Positions 1 through 10,045 are shown, numbered from the stretch's first letter. The stretch: 64,000 bases of DNA from Candidatus Uhrbacteria bacterium (GCA_023246355.1 JAHFIQ010000004.1:2697-66696), one strand, 5' to 3'. Notes: generated from the sequence alone by a model not told the origin. A program made the numbers and translations.

Positions 1-373
1 AGCATTCTTCTCGTCTTGCGACAGTCCTTCCGTCGTCGAGCAGGATCGGACAGTACACCTCGCGCCAAAAGGCATTGTCCGCGTCGTCCGTTGGTGGGCC
101 TGGCATCGAGGTTATCGTCTCGTTGGACAGGGCGAACTTCGCCAGGCAGGGAGCTGTGCACTACCGCAATCGTCGATTGACAGCATACGGATCGCACAGC
201 AGAGTCGGGCAAAAGGAGCACCGTCTTGCGACAGCCCGAGTATCGCCCGACCAGACAGGACTACCTGAAAAAGCAGGAGATGTCAAACGCGGCGACCGCC
301 AATCGTTTGACAAATCGGGTGTTTTCTGGCACTGTGTCCGCCTCTGAGGCTGTCGCTTTAGAGCGGAGGATTC

Positions 374-1159
374 GTGTCACAGACCGATTCGCCAACGCCC
401 ACGCTGTGGGATCGTGCCAGACGAGGCGCCGTGATCACGGCCGCGCTCACCGTGGCCGGCTGTCAGCTGTGGATCTCGCCGCCAAGGGCGCCCAAGCAGC
501 TTCGGGTCAGCCAGGTCCGTCAAGATCCAGAAAAGATCACGATCGTCCTCGAGTATCCACACTCCTACGAAGGTGAGGACTCGAGCCAAACGGCCAGGGT
601 CACGGTCCTGCGTGATGGACCCAGGATCGACTGGCAGTTCACGGACAAGTGGCTGTTCGATCTTGAACACAAGGGATCGGGAGCGATCGGCTTGGCCCTC
701 ATGAGCCTGCCGATCACGCTGCCGTTGTCGCCGGTTCTTCTGTCAGTGAACGCCTGGTACGCTCGAGAAGAACGACGAGTGGGAATGTCGCGCCATGCGA
801 TCGCCCTTGTGGATCGCATCAGCAACCAGATCCAACCGCAGGTTCTCGCTGTCCTCGTGGAAGCCCTGCAAGACGACTGGGCGAGGCGTCAGCGTGCTCG
901 TGCCAAGGTGAGCTACCAGGAAGCGATCGATGTGTTGAGTCCCTGCCGACTGGTTTGGTATGAGAAGGACGGATTCATCTCGGCTCACTGGTACGACGAT
1001 GATGAAGGTCGTGCCGTTGCCGTATACGATACGCGTGCGGAGAATGCGATCCTCGTGCTGGGAAGTCGGTTCACGGGTGAACAGCGGGATGTTCTCATCA
1101 CTTGCTTCGATCCATCCAAGAGTGCCGATCGGTACAGCGAGTCCGACGACGAAGACTAG
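374..1159 (+). CDS. hypothetical membrane-associated protein
   Basis: 261-aa ORF, GGAGGA RBS before GTG, upstream TTGACA (~307), hairpin terminator ~1167-1190, hydrophobic segments. Confidence 0.7.
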   Translation: MSQTDSPTPTLWDRARRGAVITAALTVAGCQLWISPPRAPKQLRVSQVRQDPEKITIVLEYPHSYEGEDSSQTARVTVLRDGPRIDWQFTDKWLFDLEHKGSGAIGLALMSLPITLPLSPVLLSVNAWYAREERRVGMSRHAIALVDRISNQIQPQVLAVLVEALQDDWARRQRARAKVSYQEAIDVLSPCRLVWYEKDGFISAHWYDDDEGRAVAVYDTRAENAILVLGSRFTGEQRDVLITCFDPSKSADRYSESDDED

Positions 1160-1214
1160 AACGTGATCCGCTCATCTGGGCGGATTTTAAAATTGAAAAA
1201 CCCGACCGGAAAGG

Positions 1215-1682
1215 TCAGGCAGATTTGGTCTCTTCGACCACGGTGAGCACCGGGTCGCCAGTGGCGCGGGAGACCAGGGCGTGGGTCGGACACTCGCGGT
1301 TGGGACAGCGGTAGATGTGCTTGTCGCGTTGAAGTGGACGCGCCTTCTGGATCGGGATCACGCTCTTGCAGTGCGTGCAATCGAACGCACCGTGAGCGAT
1401 CACACGGCGACGGTCCCACTCAAGCCACCAGGCCGTGAGACGCAGAATGCTCAGAACCGCCTCAGTTGCCTCTTCCATCGTGTCTTCATGGACGACGAAC
1501 TCTTGAATCCTCCCTTGGGCGATCCTCATGATGATCGGGAAGATCAGTGTTTCCAGAGCCGATGGCAACTCACCTGGCGTCTTGGTGTGTTGTTGCATCC
1601 CGATAAGATGCGTCCATTCCAAACCGTTCGGATCAAGTTTGATCGTGAGCGGGAAAGAGGGTTCAGGGAGAGGTAGTGACAA
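1215..1682 (-). CDS. hypothetical protein with C-terminal zinc ribbon
   Basis: GGAGG RBS; CTHC...CPNREC motif. Confidence 0.7.
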   Translation of the reverse strand: MSLPLPEPSFPLTIKLDPNGLEWTHLIGMQQHTKTPGELPSALETLIFPIIMRIAQGRIQEFVVHEDTMEEATEAVLSILRLTAWWLEWDRRRVIAHGAFDCTHCKSVIPIQKARPLQRDKHIYRCPNRECPTHALVSRATGDPVLTVVEETKSA

Positions 1683-1724
1683 GGATGACCTCCAGTATCA
1701 GTAAGCCTCTGCTATAATACACCC

Positions 1725-3125
1725 ATGCATTCCACCATCACAGAAAAGACCTTTTATCAATACCTTAAGTGTCCCAACTGGGTCTATTTGGATTTTCACG
1801 CCCTTGAGCCACGGCCGCATGACGTGCTGCTTGCACGACTTCAAGATGACGGACTTCTTCCAGAGAAGGAACACGAGATGGTTTCCGATCGTGAAGATTT
1901 GGTTGAAGTCACAGCGGAAGATCCTGATCAAGCGTTCAAGCAAACGCTTGCGTTCATGCGCGAGGGACGCAAGACCATTTATCACGGCGTGCTTGTCGAC
2001 AAACATTGGGTCGGGCATCCGGATCTCTTGGAACGTGTGGAAGGCCGTTCGCGGTTAGGTGAGTATTATTACGTGGCCGCTGATTTGAAACGCACACGAT
2101 TTGTTCGTGATGATCACAAGTTTCAAGGATGTTTTTATGCTGAGCTTTTGGAGCGTGTGCAAGGTATGAAACCTGTGCAGGGCTATGTGGTGACACCAGA
2201 TCACGTCGCGCTTCCGTATCTTATCGAAGAATTTGAAGCCGAGTACGAACTCACCCTCACTGAGATTGAAAAAATTATAGCGGGCCAGCGACCAGCGCAC
2301 TTCGTCACCTCAGGCTGCAAGCAATCGCCATGGTTTGATGTATGTCGCACAGAGTCGGAAGCCTGCGACGATCTCTCGCTTTTGAATCGCGTGTGGCGAG
2401 AGGAAGTGCATCGACTAGAAGAGGCCGGTGTGAAAACCATTGCAGAGTTGGCTCTCAAGTCTGTTCCTGAGCTTGAGCATCTCTGTCCCACGGTCAGCTC
2501 CGTGCGTCTGGAGACCATGCGTGACCAAGCCATTGCAGTGCGTGAACAGCGTCACATCATTCGTCGCTACGTAAAAATGCCCGAGGCGAACGTGGAATTG
2601 TTTTTTGACATTGAGAGTGATCCACTGCGTGACTTTGATTATTTGTTTGGTGTGCTTGAAGTCAGTGGAAAGGGCGAGCAGTATTACTCGTTTATGGCGC
2701 AGTCACCTGAACAAGAAGGAGCCATGTGGAAAGAATTTGTGGCGTGCGTTGAGAGCCACATGGACTCACCGATCTATCACTACGGCTGGTTTGAACGCGA
2801 AGTGGTGAATCGTTTTGCGGCCAAGTACGGTATTTCAGAAATTGCACGCCAAGCGCTTGAGGAGAACATGATTGATCTGCTCGAGCTGATTCGTCCAGCG
2901 ATTATTTTTCCCTTATCGTTTTATTCCCTCAAAGATTTGGCTGCCTATATTGGGTTTACCTGGAGGAGTGACGATGCGGGCGGCGCGAATTCCGTGCTGT
3001 GGTTTGAGGAGTGGCTCAAAAAGAAAACGCCAAAGCTGTTGCAGAAGATCCTCGAGTATAACGAGGACGATGTGCGTGCCACGCACAAGCTGCAGCGATG
3101 GGTAAGAGAACACGCAAGTTTATGA
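1725..3125 (+). CDS. TM0106-family RecB-like nuclease (PD-(D/E)XK + HhH + RNase H-like domain)
   Basis: GHPDLLER..AADLK nuclease motif, Cys cluster, LFFDIESDP..DYLFG and YNEDDVRAT RNase_H_2 motifs. Confidence 0.9.
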   Translation: MHSTITEKTFYQYLKCPNWVYLDFHALEPRPHDVLLARLQDDGLLPEKEHEMVSDREDLVEVTAEDPDQAFKQTLAFMREGRKTIYHGVLVDKHWVGHPDLLERVEGRSRLGEYYYVAADLKRTRFVRDDHKFQGCFYAELLERVQGMKPVQGYVVTPDHVALPYLIEEFEAEYELTLTEIEKIIAGQRPAHFVTSGCKQSPWFDVCRTESEACDDLSLLNRVWREEVHRLEEAGVKTIAELALKSVPELEHLCPTVSSVRLETMRDQAIAVREQRHIIRRYVKMPEANVELFFDIESDPLRDFDYLFGVLEVSGKGEQYYSFMAQSPEQEGAMWKEFVACVESHMDSPIYHYGWFEREVVNRFAAKYGISEIARQALEENMIDLLELIRPAIIFPLSFYSLKDLAAYIGFTWRSDDAGGANSVLWFEEWLKKKTPKLLQKILEYNEDDVRATHKLQRWVREHASL

Positions 3126-3439
3126 AAAAAGCCTTATGGATTTTTGTGCCTGTTGTTCTGATCGGCGCAATCATCGTGCTGATGCTCCTTCAACGAGTTG
3201 ATCGTGGACAGAATGATGCGCGTGACGCCACATCACCAGGTCGATATGAAGCATTGAATGAGACAACGTGTTCAGATATGGGAGGAACGTGGAATGCCTG
3301 CGGTTCTGTTTGTCGTACCACTCCGGAGGAACCGTGTATCGAAGTGTGTGCTACGTACTGTGAATGTACAGGGGATGCTCAATGTCCAACAGGATTCACC
3401 TGCGGTGACTATGTTGATAACGTCGGTGTTTGCCTATGA
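3122..3439 (+). CDS. small membrane-anchored Cys-rich protein
   Basis: start MKKALW overlaps upstream stop; N-terminal TM helix; many Cys (CSDMGGTWNACGSVC...). Confidence 0.8.
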   Translation: MKKALWIFVPVVLIGAIIVLMLLQRVDRGQNDARDATSPGRYEALNETTCSDMGGTWNACGSVCRTTPEEPCIEVCATYCECTGDAQCPTGFTCGDYVDNVGVCL

Positions 3440-4287
3440 AAGCCCTTCGTCTTTTTGTCACGTTTGTGATTTTGTCGATCGCGTTTGGAGCGGCGTTGTA
3501 CACGCAGCGAGTGAACGTGATGGATTGGTATCGTGAAGTAACAACGCCCGTGCTGCCAGAGTCGGTTGGGTATGAGGAGGTAGAAAAGGTGGCAGAGGTG
3601 GAGAAGGTGGATGAGGTGGAAGAAGCGGAAGAAGAAAATCCGACGGAGGAATCAGTCCCATTGGTCCCATCCGACCCAGTGGTTACCGAAGATCCATCCG
3701 TCGAAGTGGAGCTGACGGCGGTCAATCTCGCGGTTCCGTTCACGCCGCAAGCTCCGCAAGGAAACTGGGACGAGCCATACCAGGAGGCCTGTGAGGAAGC
3801 GAGTGTGTACATGGTGCAGCAATTTTACGAAGGCACGCCAGAGGGACTCATCAATGCAGATCAGGCAGAGACAGATATTTTAAAAATCGTTGCGTTTGAG
3901 CGTGAGCTGTTTGGGTATTACGAGGACACAACCGCAGAACAAGTCGCCACGTTTGCTGAACTCATGTTTGGCTTCACAACAGAATTGATCGTAGATCCAA
4001 CCATCGACGACATCAAAACACATCTTACCCTCGGCCATCCCGTGATCGTCCCAGCCGCTGGTCGTGAATTGCACAATCCGTATTTCACCGCTCCAGGTCC
4101 CGTGTATCACATGTTGGTTATTCGTGGATTCACAGACGAAGGGCAATTTATTGTGAACGATCCAGGCACCTATCGTGGCGAGGCGTATCTCTACGACTTT
4201 GACACGCTCATGAATGCGATGCACGATTGGAATAACGGCGACGAAATTACAGAGGGAAGAAAAGTGGTGATTGTGTTGACGCCATAA
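3436..4287 (+). CDS. C39-like peptidase family secreted protein
   Basis: VPFTPQAP..W..PYQEACEEAS, YHMLVIRG, FIVNDPG motifs. Confidence 0.85.
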   Translation: MKALRLFVTFVILSIAFGAALYTQRVNVMDWYREVTTPVLPESVGYEEVEKVAEVEKVDEVEEAEEENPTEESVPLVPSDPVVTEDPSVEVELTAVNLAVPFTPQAPQGNWDEPYQEACEEASVYMVQQFYEGTPEGLINADQAETDILKIVAFERELFGYYEDTTAEQVATFAELMFGFTTELIVDPTIDDIKTHLTLGHPVIVPAAGRELHNPYFTAPGPVYHMLVIRGFTDEGQFIVNDPGTYRGEAYLYDFDTLMNAMHDWNNGDEITEGRKVVIVLTP

Positions 4288-4311
4288 TTGAAAATAAATT
4301 TTGGATTTTTC

Positions 4312-4857
4312 ATGAAACAACGTCGCAACAACATTGCCTATATTGATGGGGCGAATCTTCACAAAGGCATTTCAGCGCTTGGATGGCGGCTAGATTACCG
4401 TCGTTTTCGTGTTTGGCTTTCTGATAAATACCATGTTCAGACTGCCTATTTGTTTATAGGTCTGATCCCGAGATACAAAGATTTGTATGCATATCTACAA
4501 AAGTGTGGTTTTACTTTGATTTTTAAGGAAGTGGTTTACGATGGTTCTGGCAAGGCAAAGGGGAATTGTGATTCGGATCTTGTGCTTCAAGCCATGCAAG
4601 ATGTCTATGAGTCGGCGTTTGATCAAGCTCTTCTTGTAACAAGCGACGGAGACTATGCGTCGCTCGTCAAGTTTCTATTAAAGCGTGAGAAAATGAATGC
4701 CGTTCTCTCGCCGAGTACATCTAAAAAATGTTCGATTTTGCTCAAACAAACCAACGTAAGGATAGCCTACATGCAGGATCAGCGGACACTGTTGCAAGCC
4801 AAAAAAGAAAAAGCCCCCGGTGGGGACGGAACCCCACAAGGGTCTCTTTCGTGGTGA
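4312..4857 (+). CDS. NYN domain (PIN-like/LabA) putative ribonuclease
   Basis: AYIDGANL, KGNCDSDLV, LVTSDGDY acidic motifs. Confidence 0.9.
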   Translation: MKQRRNNIAYIDGANLHKGISALGWRLDYRRFRVWLSDKYHVQTAYLFIGLIPRYKDLYAYLQKCGFTLIFKEVVYDGSGKAKGNCDSDLVLQAMQDVYESAFDQALLVTSDGDYASLVKFLLKREKMNAVLSPSTSKKCSILLKQTNVRIAYMQDQRTLLQAKKEKAPGGDGTPQGSLSW

Positions 4858-4865
4858 ATATTGAT

Positions 4866-4894
4866 ACAATAGTCCAAAAGGCAGCACGTGTCAA
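4866..4894 (-). promoter_or_regulatory. sigma70 promoter antisense to the NYN gene 3' end
   Basis: minus strand TTGACA-N17-TATTGT. Confidence 0.6.
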
Positions 4895-4912
4895 ATTGAA
4901 ATCTCACAGAGT

Positions 4913-5740
4913 ATGCAAATAAAGCATTTTTACAGGCTCAAACAAGGCGATATTGTTTCGCTTTTTCGTGAATTTCTAGAAGACGATCTGTTTCGTCGAT
5001 ATCCTGAGTTGGTAGGGAACGTGAGTGTTATCATAACTGGGTCGATTCCATCTGGTCATTATGATCAATATAGCGATATCGATACTGAGTTTTTTTATAC
5101 GCAGGAAGGCGATCGCAAGAAAATGAACGCGTTTGTAAAGGAGTATAAGGCTTCTCTCCGTCAAAGGAAACTACCAATTCAGTTTCATCCTGCCAAGACG
5201 TTTCGTGAAGTGAAAAAAGAGCACTTGACTGGATGGGGTCACGATGACTCGCTGCGGGAATACTCGAGTGCACTTAGTGTGATCGATCCGCAAGATCGTT
5301 TTCAAAAATTACAGCAGCAAATCAAATGGTATCCGAAGGATGTCCTTCAGGAGAAAATAAACTGGTTATTTGCAGAAGCTGTTTTTTCCTATTATGATCG
5401 TTATGTGGTAGCTCTCAAGCGTGGCAATGCCCATTATGCTGAAGCGGTGAAGCTGCATATCCTCAAGTTACTTGGGAATGCTCTTCTCATGACCGCTCAT
5501 ACGTTTCCAGTTTTCGAAAAGCATCTATATTTCGAAATTCGAGAGTTGGGCGATCGTAAACTTCTCTTCTTCTTTGACGAGATGATCGCGGGGCGATCAT
5601 CCACGACACAGAACAATGTCGTTAGAAAATTTTTGAACGTCGTTGAACGTAGATTGATAATAGACGGCTGGATACAAAAGAAGCCGAAGGGCTATTGGAT
5701 TCTTTTGCGGCCAAAGTATAAAGTTGAGTTGGTTTCGTAG
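4913..5740 (+). CDS. nucleotidyltransferase (Pol beta superfamily, DUF4037-like)
   Basis: IITGSIPSGHYDQYSDIDT = GS..DxD motif; helical C-terminal domain. Confidence 0.7.
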   Translation: MQIKHFYRLKQGDIVSLFREFLEDDLFRRYPELVGNVSVIITGSIPSGHYDQYSDIDTEFFYTQEGDRKKMNAFVKEYKASLRQRKLPIQFHPAKTFREVKKEHLTGWGHDDSLREYSSALSVIDPQDRFQKLQQQIKWYPKDVLQEKINWLFAEAVFSYYDRYVVALKRGNAHYAEAVKLHILKLLGNALLMTAHTFPVFEKHLYFEIRELGDRKLLFFFDEMIAGRSSTTQNNVVRKFLNVVERRLIIDGWIQKKPKGYWILLRPKYKVELVS

Positions 5741-5745
5741 GGGTT

Positions 5746-6216
5746 ATGAACTATCTCCTTGGCGGATCATTGGGAGGGCTCGTGGCGTTCGCTTTTGCGA
5801 TTCCGGCGATCCTGCTGGAGATCACTCAACAAGGAAAGGTGAGTGAGGCGCCTCTGCTCATCGACGTCAAAACCATTTTTGGCGTGACCATCCGTCACAA
5901 GCATGAAGTTTTTTTTATCGGGCTGTTGCTTCATGTGGTGATCGGATTTTTGTTCGGACTCATCTATGTGACGTTTGTTGAGCGCGGCTGGTTGTTTGTG
6001 ACTCATGCACCGTATACGTTTTTGTCTTTGCTCGTGTATGCCTTTTTGAGTTGGATCGTGGCAAACCTGGTGGTGTATCCCGTTCTTGGCTTGGGAGCAT
6101 TTGGACTCAAAGAAGGTCGTCATGTGTGGATGGAAACGTTTGTGTCCCATCTCATTTTGGGCGTGAGTTTGTGGCTGTTGGTTCAGTATTATCAACCTGT
6201 ATTCTTCGGTTCATGA
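5746..6216 (+). CDS. hypothetical multi-pass membrane protein
   Basis: four hydrophobic segments; coupled to xseA. Confidence 0.8.
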   Translation: MNYLLGGSLGGLVAFAFAIPAILLEITQQGKVSEAPLLIDVKTIFGVTIRHKHEVFFIGLLLHVVIGFLFGLIYVTFVERGWLFVTHAPYTFLSLLVYAFLSWIVANLVVYPVLGLGAFGLKEGRHVWMETFVSHLILGVSLWLLVQYYQPVFFGS

Positions 6217-7409
6217 CACCCTCACTCTCCGTCTCTCAGTATCTTGAACTCGTCAACGTTTCCCTTGGACAAATCCCAGCCGACTTTGTGATCGAGGGAG
6301 AAATTTCAGATTATAAAGTGTCTCAAGGGAAGTGGGTGAGTTTTGATTTGAAAGACGAAGAGCATCAAGCGTTGCTCAAGTGCTTCATGACGACGTGGCA
6401 GTTGAAGACGCAGATCGAAGACGGGATGCGCGTGCACGTCAAAGGCGCTCCAAAAATTTACGAACGATTTGGAACGTTCAAGTTGAATGTGACGGAGGTG
6501 GAACCGGTTGGCGAAGGAGCCTTGAAACGTGCCTATGAACTTCTCAAGAAAAAATTAGAACGCGAAGGACTTTTCGATGTCTCGCGTAAACGACCTTTAC
6601 CAAGATTTCCAGAGCGCATCGGGTTGATTACGTCACGTGATGCGGCGGCGTACGGTGACTTCTTGCGCATCCTGAACAATCGTTGGAGTGGGGTGCAGGT
6701 CGTCTTTTGTCATGTACACGTGCAAGGCCGTGAAGCGGTTGACGAGATTGTGCACGCCCTCGACCAGTTGAATGGACTTGCAGATCGTCCTGACGTGATG
6801 GTTCTCACGCGCGGCGGTGGGGGACTGGAAGATCTGCATGCATTCAACGATGAGCAAGTCGCACGCGCCATCTATGCGTCAACGATTCCAGTTGTCTGTG
6901 CGGTGGGACATGAACGTGATGAGTCGCTCGCTGATTTTGTGGCCGACGTTCGTGCGTCAACGCCGTCCAATGCGGCTGAACGCGTGGTGCCATCGCGCGA
7001 GGAGGTCCGATACGAAATCGATGCTCTGTCTGCTCATCTGACATCCTGTGTGAGCGACGCGATTCGTGAACGTCTGTCCGTGATTGATCAAGCAACCAGC
7101 CGTGTGCGTTTTCTGTTGGAAAGGCAAAAGGATCGTTTGCGTCGTTTGTCCGAGACCCTTCAATCAGGATCAGCGCTGTGGTTGTCACGACTCAGTGATC
7201 GCCTTGCCCGTCATGCTCTTGTGCTCAAACAACTCGATCCCAGACGTGTCCTCTCACGCGGGTACAGCATTGTTCGCTTTGCTGGTCGCGTGCTTTCAGA
7301 TGTCTCGACCCTTGAAGTGGGGAGTGAGATTCAGGTACAATTTGCGACAGGCTCGGCTGACGCACAGGTACGTCGACTGAACGGCCGCGGTCAACAGAAA
7401 CTTGTATGA
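6213..7409 (+). CDS. xseA: exodeoxyribonuclease VII large subunit
   Basis: IEGEISDY, RGGGGLEDLHAFNDE, AVGHERD, STPSNAAE; start moved to ATG 6213. Confidence 0.97.
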   Translation: MTPSLSVSQYLELVNVSLGQIPADFVIEGEISDYKVSQGKWVSFDLKDEEHQALLKCFMTTWQLKTQIEDGMRVHVKGAPKIYERFGTFKLNVTEVEPVGEGALKRAYELLKKKLEREGLFDVSRKRPLPRFPERIGLITSRDAAAYGDFLRILNNRWSGVQVVFCHVHVQGREAVDEIVHALDQLNGLADRPDVMVLTRGGGGLEDLHAFNDEQVARAIYASTIPVVCAVGHERDESLADFVADVRASTPSNAAERVVPSREEVRYEIDALSAHLTSCVSDAIRERLSVIDQATSRVRFLLERQKDRLRRLSETLQSGSALWLSRLSDRLARHALVLKQLDPRRVLSRGYSIVRFAGRVLSDVSTLEVGSEIQVQFATGSADAQVRRLNGRGQQKLV

Positions 7410-7612
7410 CAGCAAAAAAATCATTCGCTAAGGATTTTGAAGAGCTCGAACACATCACCCAGTGGTTTGATTCCCAAGATCAGCTGGACCTGGATCTTGG
7501 GCTCAAGCAATTCGAACGTGGTTTGGAGCTCGCCAGTCAGCTGAAAAAGAAACTCTCTGAGGTTGAGAACAAGGTCGAAGAGATCAAACAAAAATTTTCT
7601 TCTGCCACCTGA
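7406..7612 (+). CDS. xseB: exodeoxyribonuclease VII small subunit
   Basis: F..LE.I...LDLD..L..FERG pattern; follows xseA. Confidence 0.93.
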   Translation: MTAKKSFAKDFEELEHITQWFDSQDQLDLDLGLKQFERGLELASQLKKKLSEVENKVEEIKQKFSSAT

Positions 7613-7643
7613 TCCACCTCATCTACCTTTTCCACCTTCCCCT

Positions 7644-7997
7644 ATGTCCTATATCCTCTTCCGCTGGATCATCAACGCTCTCGCGCTGCTCCTGGTCGCC
7701 AATGTTGTGCCAGGTTTTGGTGTGGATTCTTTCTACGCCGCGCTGATTGCGGCTCTGGTCTTGGGACTGGTCAATGCCCTGGTACGACCACTGTTTTTTA
7801 TCTTGACGCTCCCCATCACCATCCTCACACTGGGGTTGTTCACGTTTGTCATTAACGCCTTCATGATTCTACTCGTGTCCACGATCGTGAAAGGATTTGT
7901 GGTGGAAGGCTTTACTCCAGCGTTATTGGCCGCCTTGCTCCTGTGGATGTTTTCTCTCGCAACGAACTGGATTATTAAACAAGCAAAGGAATCATAG
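7644..7997 (+). CDS. YvlD/DUF360 (4-TM 'phage holin family') membrane protein
   Basis: LGLVNALVRP..LTLPITILTLGLF.FVINA signature. Confidence 0.9.
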   Translation: MSYILFRWIINALALLLVANVVPGFGVDSFYAALIAALVLGLVNALVRPLFFILTLPITILTLGLFTFVINAFMILLVSTIVKGFVVEGFTPALLAALLLWMFSLATNWIIKQAKES

Positions 7998-8017
7998 GCA
8001 CCGTTGGTGCCTTTTTT

Positions 8018-8093
8018 AGTAGCAAGTATCAAGTAGCACGTAGCAAGTATTTTCGAAGCGCATATACTTGCTACTTGATACATGCTACTTGCT
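8018..8093. repeat. inverted heptamer (AGTAGCA)n hairpin element, empty copy
   Basis: agtagcaagtatcaagtagcacgtagcaagtat / atacttgctacttgatacatgctact. Confidence 0.9.
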
Positions 8094-8103
8094 TCTTTCC
8101 CTT

Positions 8104-8811
8104 ATGACCCACTCCAACTCACTTAAACCTTCCACGCTCGTCATCTCTGTCGGCGGCTCGCTCGTAGTTCCCAATGGTGGAATCGATGTGGAATTTCTCA
8201 AAGACTTTCGAGAGCTCATTCACAAACACGTGAAGCTCGGTTGGCGTTTTGTGGTCGTGGTTGGTGGTGGGGGCACAGCGCGTCATTATCAAGAAGCCGC
8301 ACGTGACGTCGGCAAACTCACCCGCGACGATCTTGATTGGCTGGGGATTCACTCGACGCGTTTGAACGGACACCTCATGCGCACCGTGCTTCGCGACGTG
8401 GCGCATCCCATCATGATCAAAGACCCGACTGGGTCGTTCCACCACTGGACCAAGCCCGTGCTGGTGGCGGCTGGATGGAAACCAGGCTGGTCCACCGATT
8501 ACGTGGCCACGCGTTTAGCCAAACGTCTCAAGAGCAAACTTGTGGTGAACCTTTCCAACATCGACTACGTCTACACCAAAGATCCACTCAAGCACAAAGA
8601 TGCTGAAGTCATCTGTAACATCACCTGGAAAGAGTTTCGTAAAATGGTCGGCAACACCTGGGACCCGGGCATGAATGTGCCGTTTGATCCCGTGGCCTCA
8701 CGCCTGGCGCATCATTCCAAAATTTCCGTGGCGATTTTGAATGGCAAAAATATTTCAAATCTGGATGGACTCCTAACCGGCGAGCGATTCATTGGAACCG
8801 TGATTGGTTGA
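8104..8811 (+). CDS. pyrH: UMP kinase, archaeal type
   Basis: ISVGGSL, VGGGGTAR, GWKPGWSTDYVA, PFDPVAS. Confidence 0.93.
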   Translation: MTHSNSLKPSTLVISVGGSLVVPNGGIDVEFLKDFRELIHKHVKLGWRFVVVVGGGGTARHYQEAARDVGKLTRDDLDWLGIHSTRLNGHLMRTVLRDVAHPIMIKDPTGSFHHWTKPVLVAAGWKPGWSTDYVATRLAKRLKSKLVVNLSNIDYVYTKDPLKHKDAEVICNITWKEFRKMVGNTWDPGMNVPFDPVASRLAHHSKISVAILNGKNISNLDGLLTGERFIGTVIG

Positions 8812-8879
8812 CAAAAAAGATGAAATGGAAGAAGAATAACGGATCCTAGATTCATAGGATCCCTTCCAAGGAGCCAACC

Positions 8880-9764
8880 ATGAGGGTCGAATATGTTGTG
8901 GTGAGCGTCCCCTCGTTGAAGGGGACGCCAAGTGAAGATGCCTATCTTGTGGATGGTGAGGGAGGTGGAAAACCTTTCTTCGCCGCGATTGCCGATGGGC
9001 ATGGCGAGGAGGTGGATGAACGAGGTGATCACTTTGAGAGATCTCAGACGGTTGCGAGATTTTCTGGTCGTCTGGTGGGCAGCCTTCACGAACGATTCGT
9101 GCAGTTCCCTGATCCAACATACCTTCCAGACATCTTCGATGTGACGGCACAGGACCTCGATGGAGAGTTTCGTGCACTCACAGAGCGTCAGCACCTGATT
9201 GCATCACTGCGCGTCGGAGCCGTGGCGAGTTGCGTTACGGTCGTGGATGGCAGAATCCATCTGGCACAGACAGGCGACTGCCGGTTCTATGCGGCTTCGG
9301 ATTCTCCTCGAGGATTCATTCAGCTCTCGCGCGACCATGACTGCAACCATCCGGATGAACTTGCCCGACTGCAGCCGATCCTGACACAGGGGAAGTTCGT
9401 GATCTGGCCGCCGTTTCTAGACGAGTCTTCTCCTCCCGTTACTCGCAAGAGGCGGCTGAGTTATTACGTGGGTGAGAACGTGGTGGCTGGAATCCTTCCC
9501 ACCAGAACCTTCGGTGATTGGCGCTACCACCCAGCCGTGATTCACACCCCTGAGGTGAACAGCTTCGAGCTTGCTGCTGTGCCAGAAGGAACGGTGTTTG
9601 CCCTGTGCTCAGACGGTGGGAACCGCTATGTCGAGCATGTGTTGGGGCCGGTGGCTGGGCATTCGCACGAGATTCCGCTTTCAGCTCTGGCAGAGGCCAC
9701 CAAGACACGAATTGATATTCCTGGTGACGATGTGACGATCATCTATTTCCGGGTGTATCATTGA
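8880..9764 (+). CDS. PP2C-family protein phosphatase
   Basis: SEDA, IADGHG, TGDCR, TRTFGD, LCSDG, DDVTI motifs. Confidence 0.88.
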   Translation: MRVEYVVVSVPSLKGTPSEDAYLVDGEGGGKPFFAAIADGHGEEVDERGDHFERSQTVARFSGRLVGSLHERFVQFPDPTYLPDIFDVTAQDLDGEFRALTERQHLIASLRVGAVASCVTVVDGRIHLAQTGDCRFYAASDSPRGFIQLSRDHDCNHPDELARLQPILTQGKFVIWPPFLDESSPPVTRKRRLSYYVGENVVAGILPTRTFGDWRYHPAVIHTPEVNSFELAAVPEGTVFALCSDGGNRYVEHVLGPVAGHSHEIPLSALAEATKTRIDIPGDDVTIIYFRVYH

Positions 9765-9802
9765 GCGGCTCTCGTTTTTGATCCTTCCACGCAGGAGGTT
9801 TC

Positions 9803-10045
9803 ATGCCCTCACCCAGTTCCGTTCGTGATCAGAACATGACCACCCCTGTCTGGCTTGGCACAGTGGTTCTCGTGGTCTGCATGGCCATCGTTTTCCTTTC
9901 TGAACAGTTCCTTCCGGTCAACCAGACACATGGTGTGATCTTGGATACTCTGAGGAGCTTTGTGACGAATCCATGGGGCTACGCCAAGCCATTGCTTGTG
10001 AGCCTGTTTGCCTTTTGGATCGCCCTGCGCATCTCCAACTTCTGA
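9803..10045 (+). CDS. small 2-TM hypothetical protein
   Basis: AGGAGGT RBS, hydrophobic helices, downstream terminator. Confidence 0.7.
   Translation: MPSPSSVRDQNMTTPVWLGTVVLVVCMAIVFLSEQFLPVNQTHGVILDTLRSFVTNPWGYAKPLLVSLFAFWIALRISNF

Noticed and set aside
1-234. 13-bp direct repeat cgtcttgcgacag (12-24, 222-234) and a possible minus-strand gene start at 106
   Set aside because: Truncated by the window edge; frame and significance cannot be established.
1725-3125. Cas4 / CRISPR adaptation gene
   Set aside because: The architecture matches the stand-alone TM0106 family; no cas1/cas2 or array.
7644-7997. Prophage, based on the 'phage holin family' gene
   Set aside because: A common chromosomal membrane family; no phage genes nearby.
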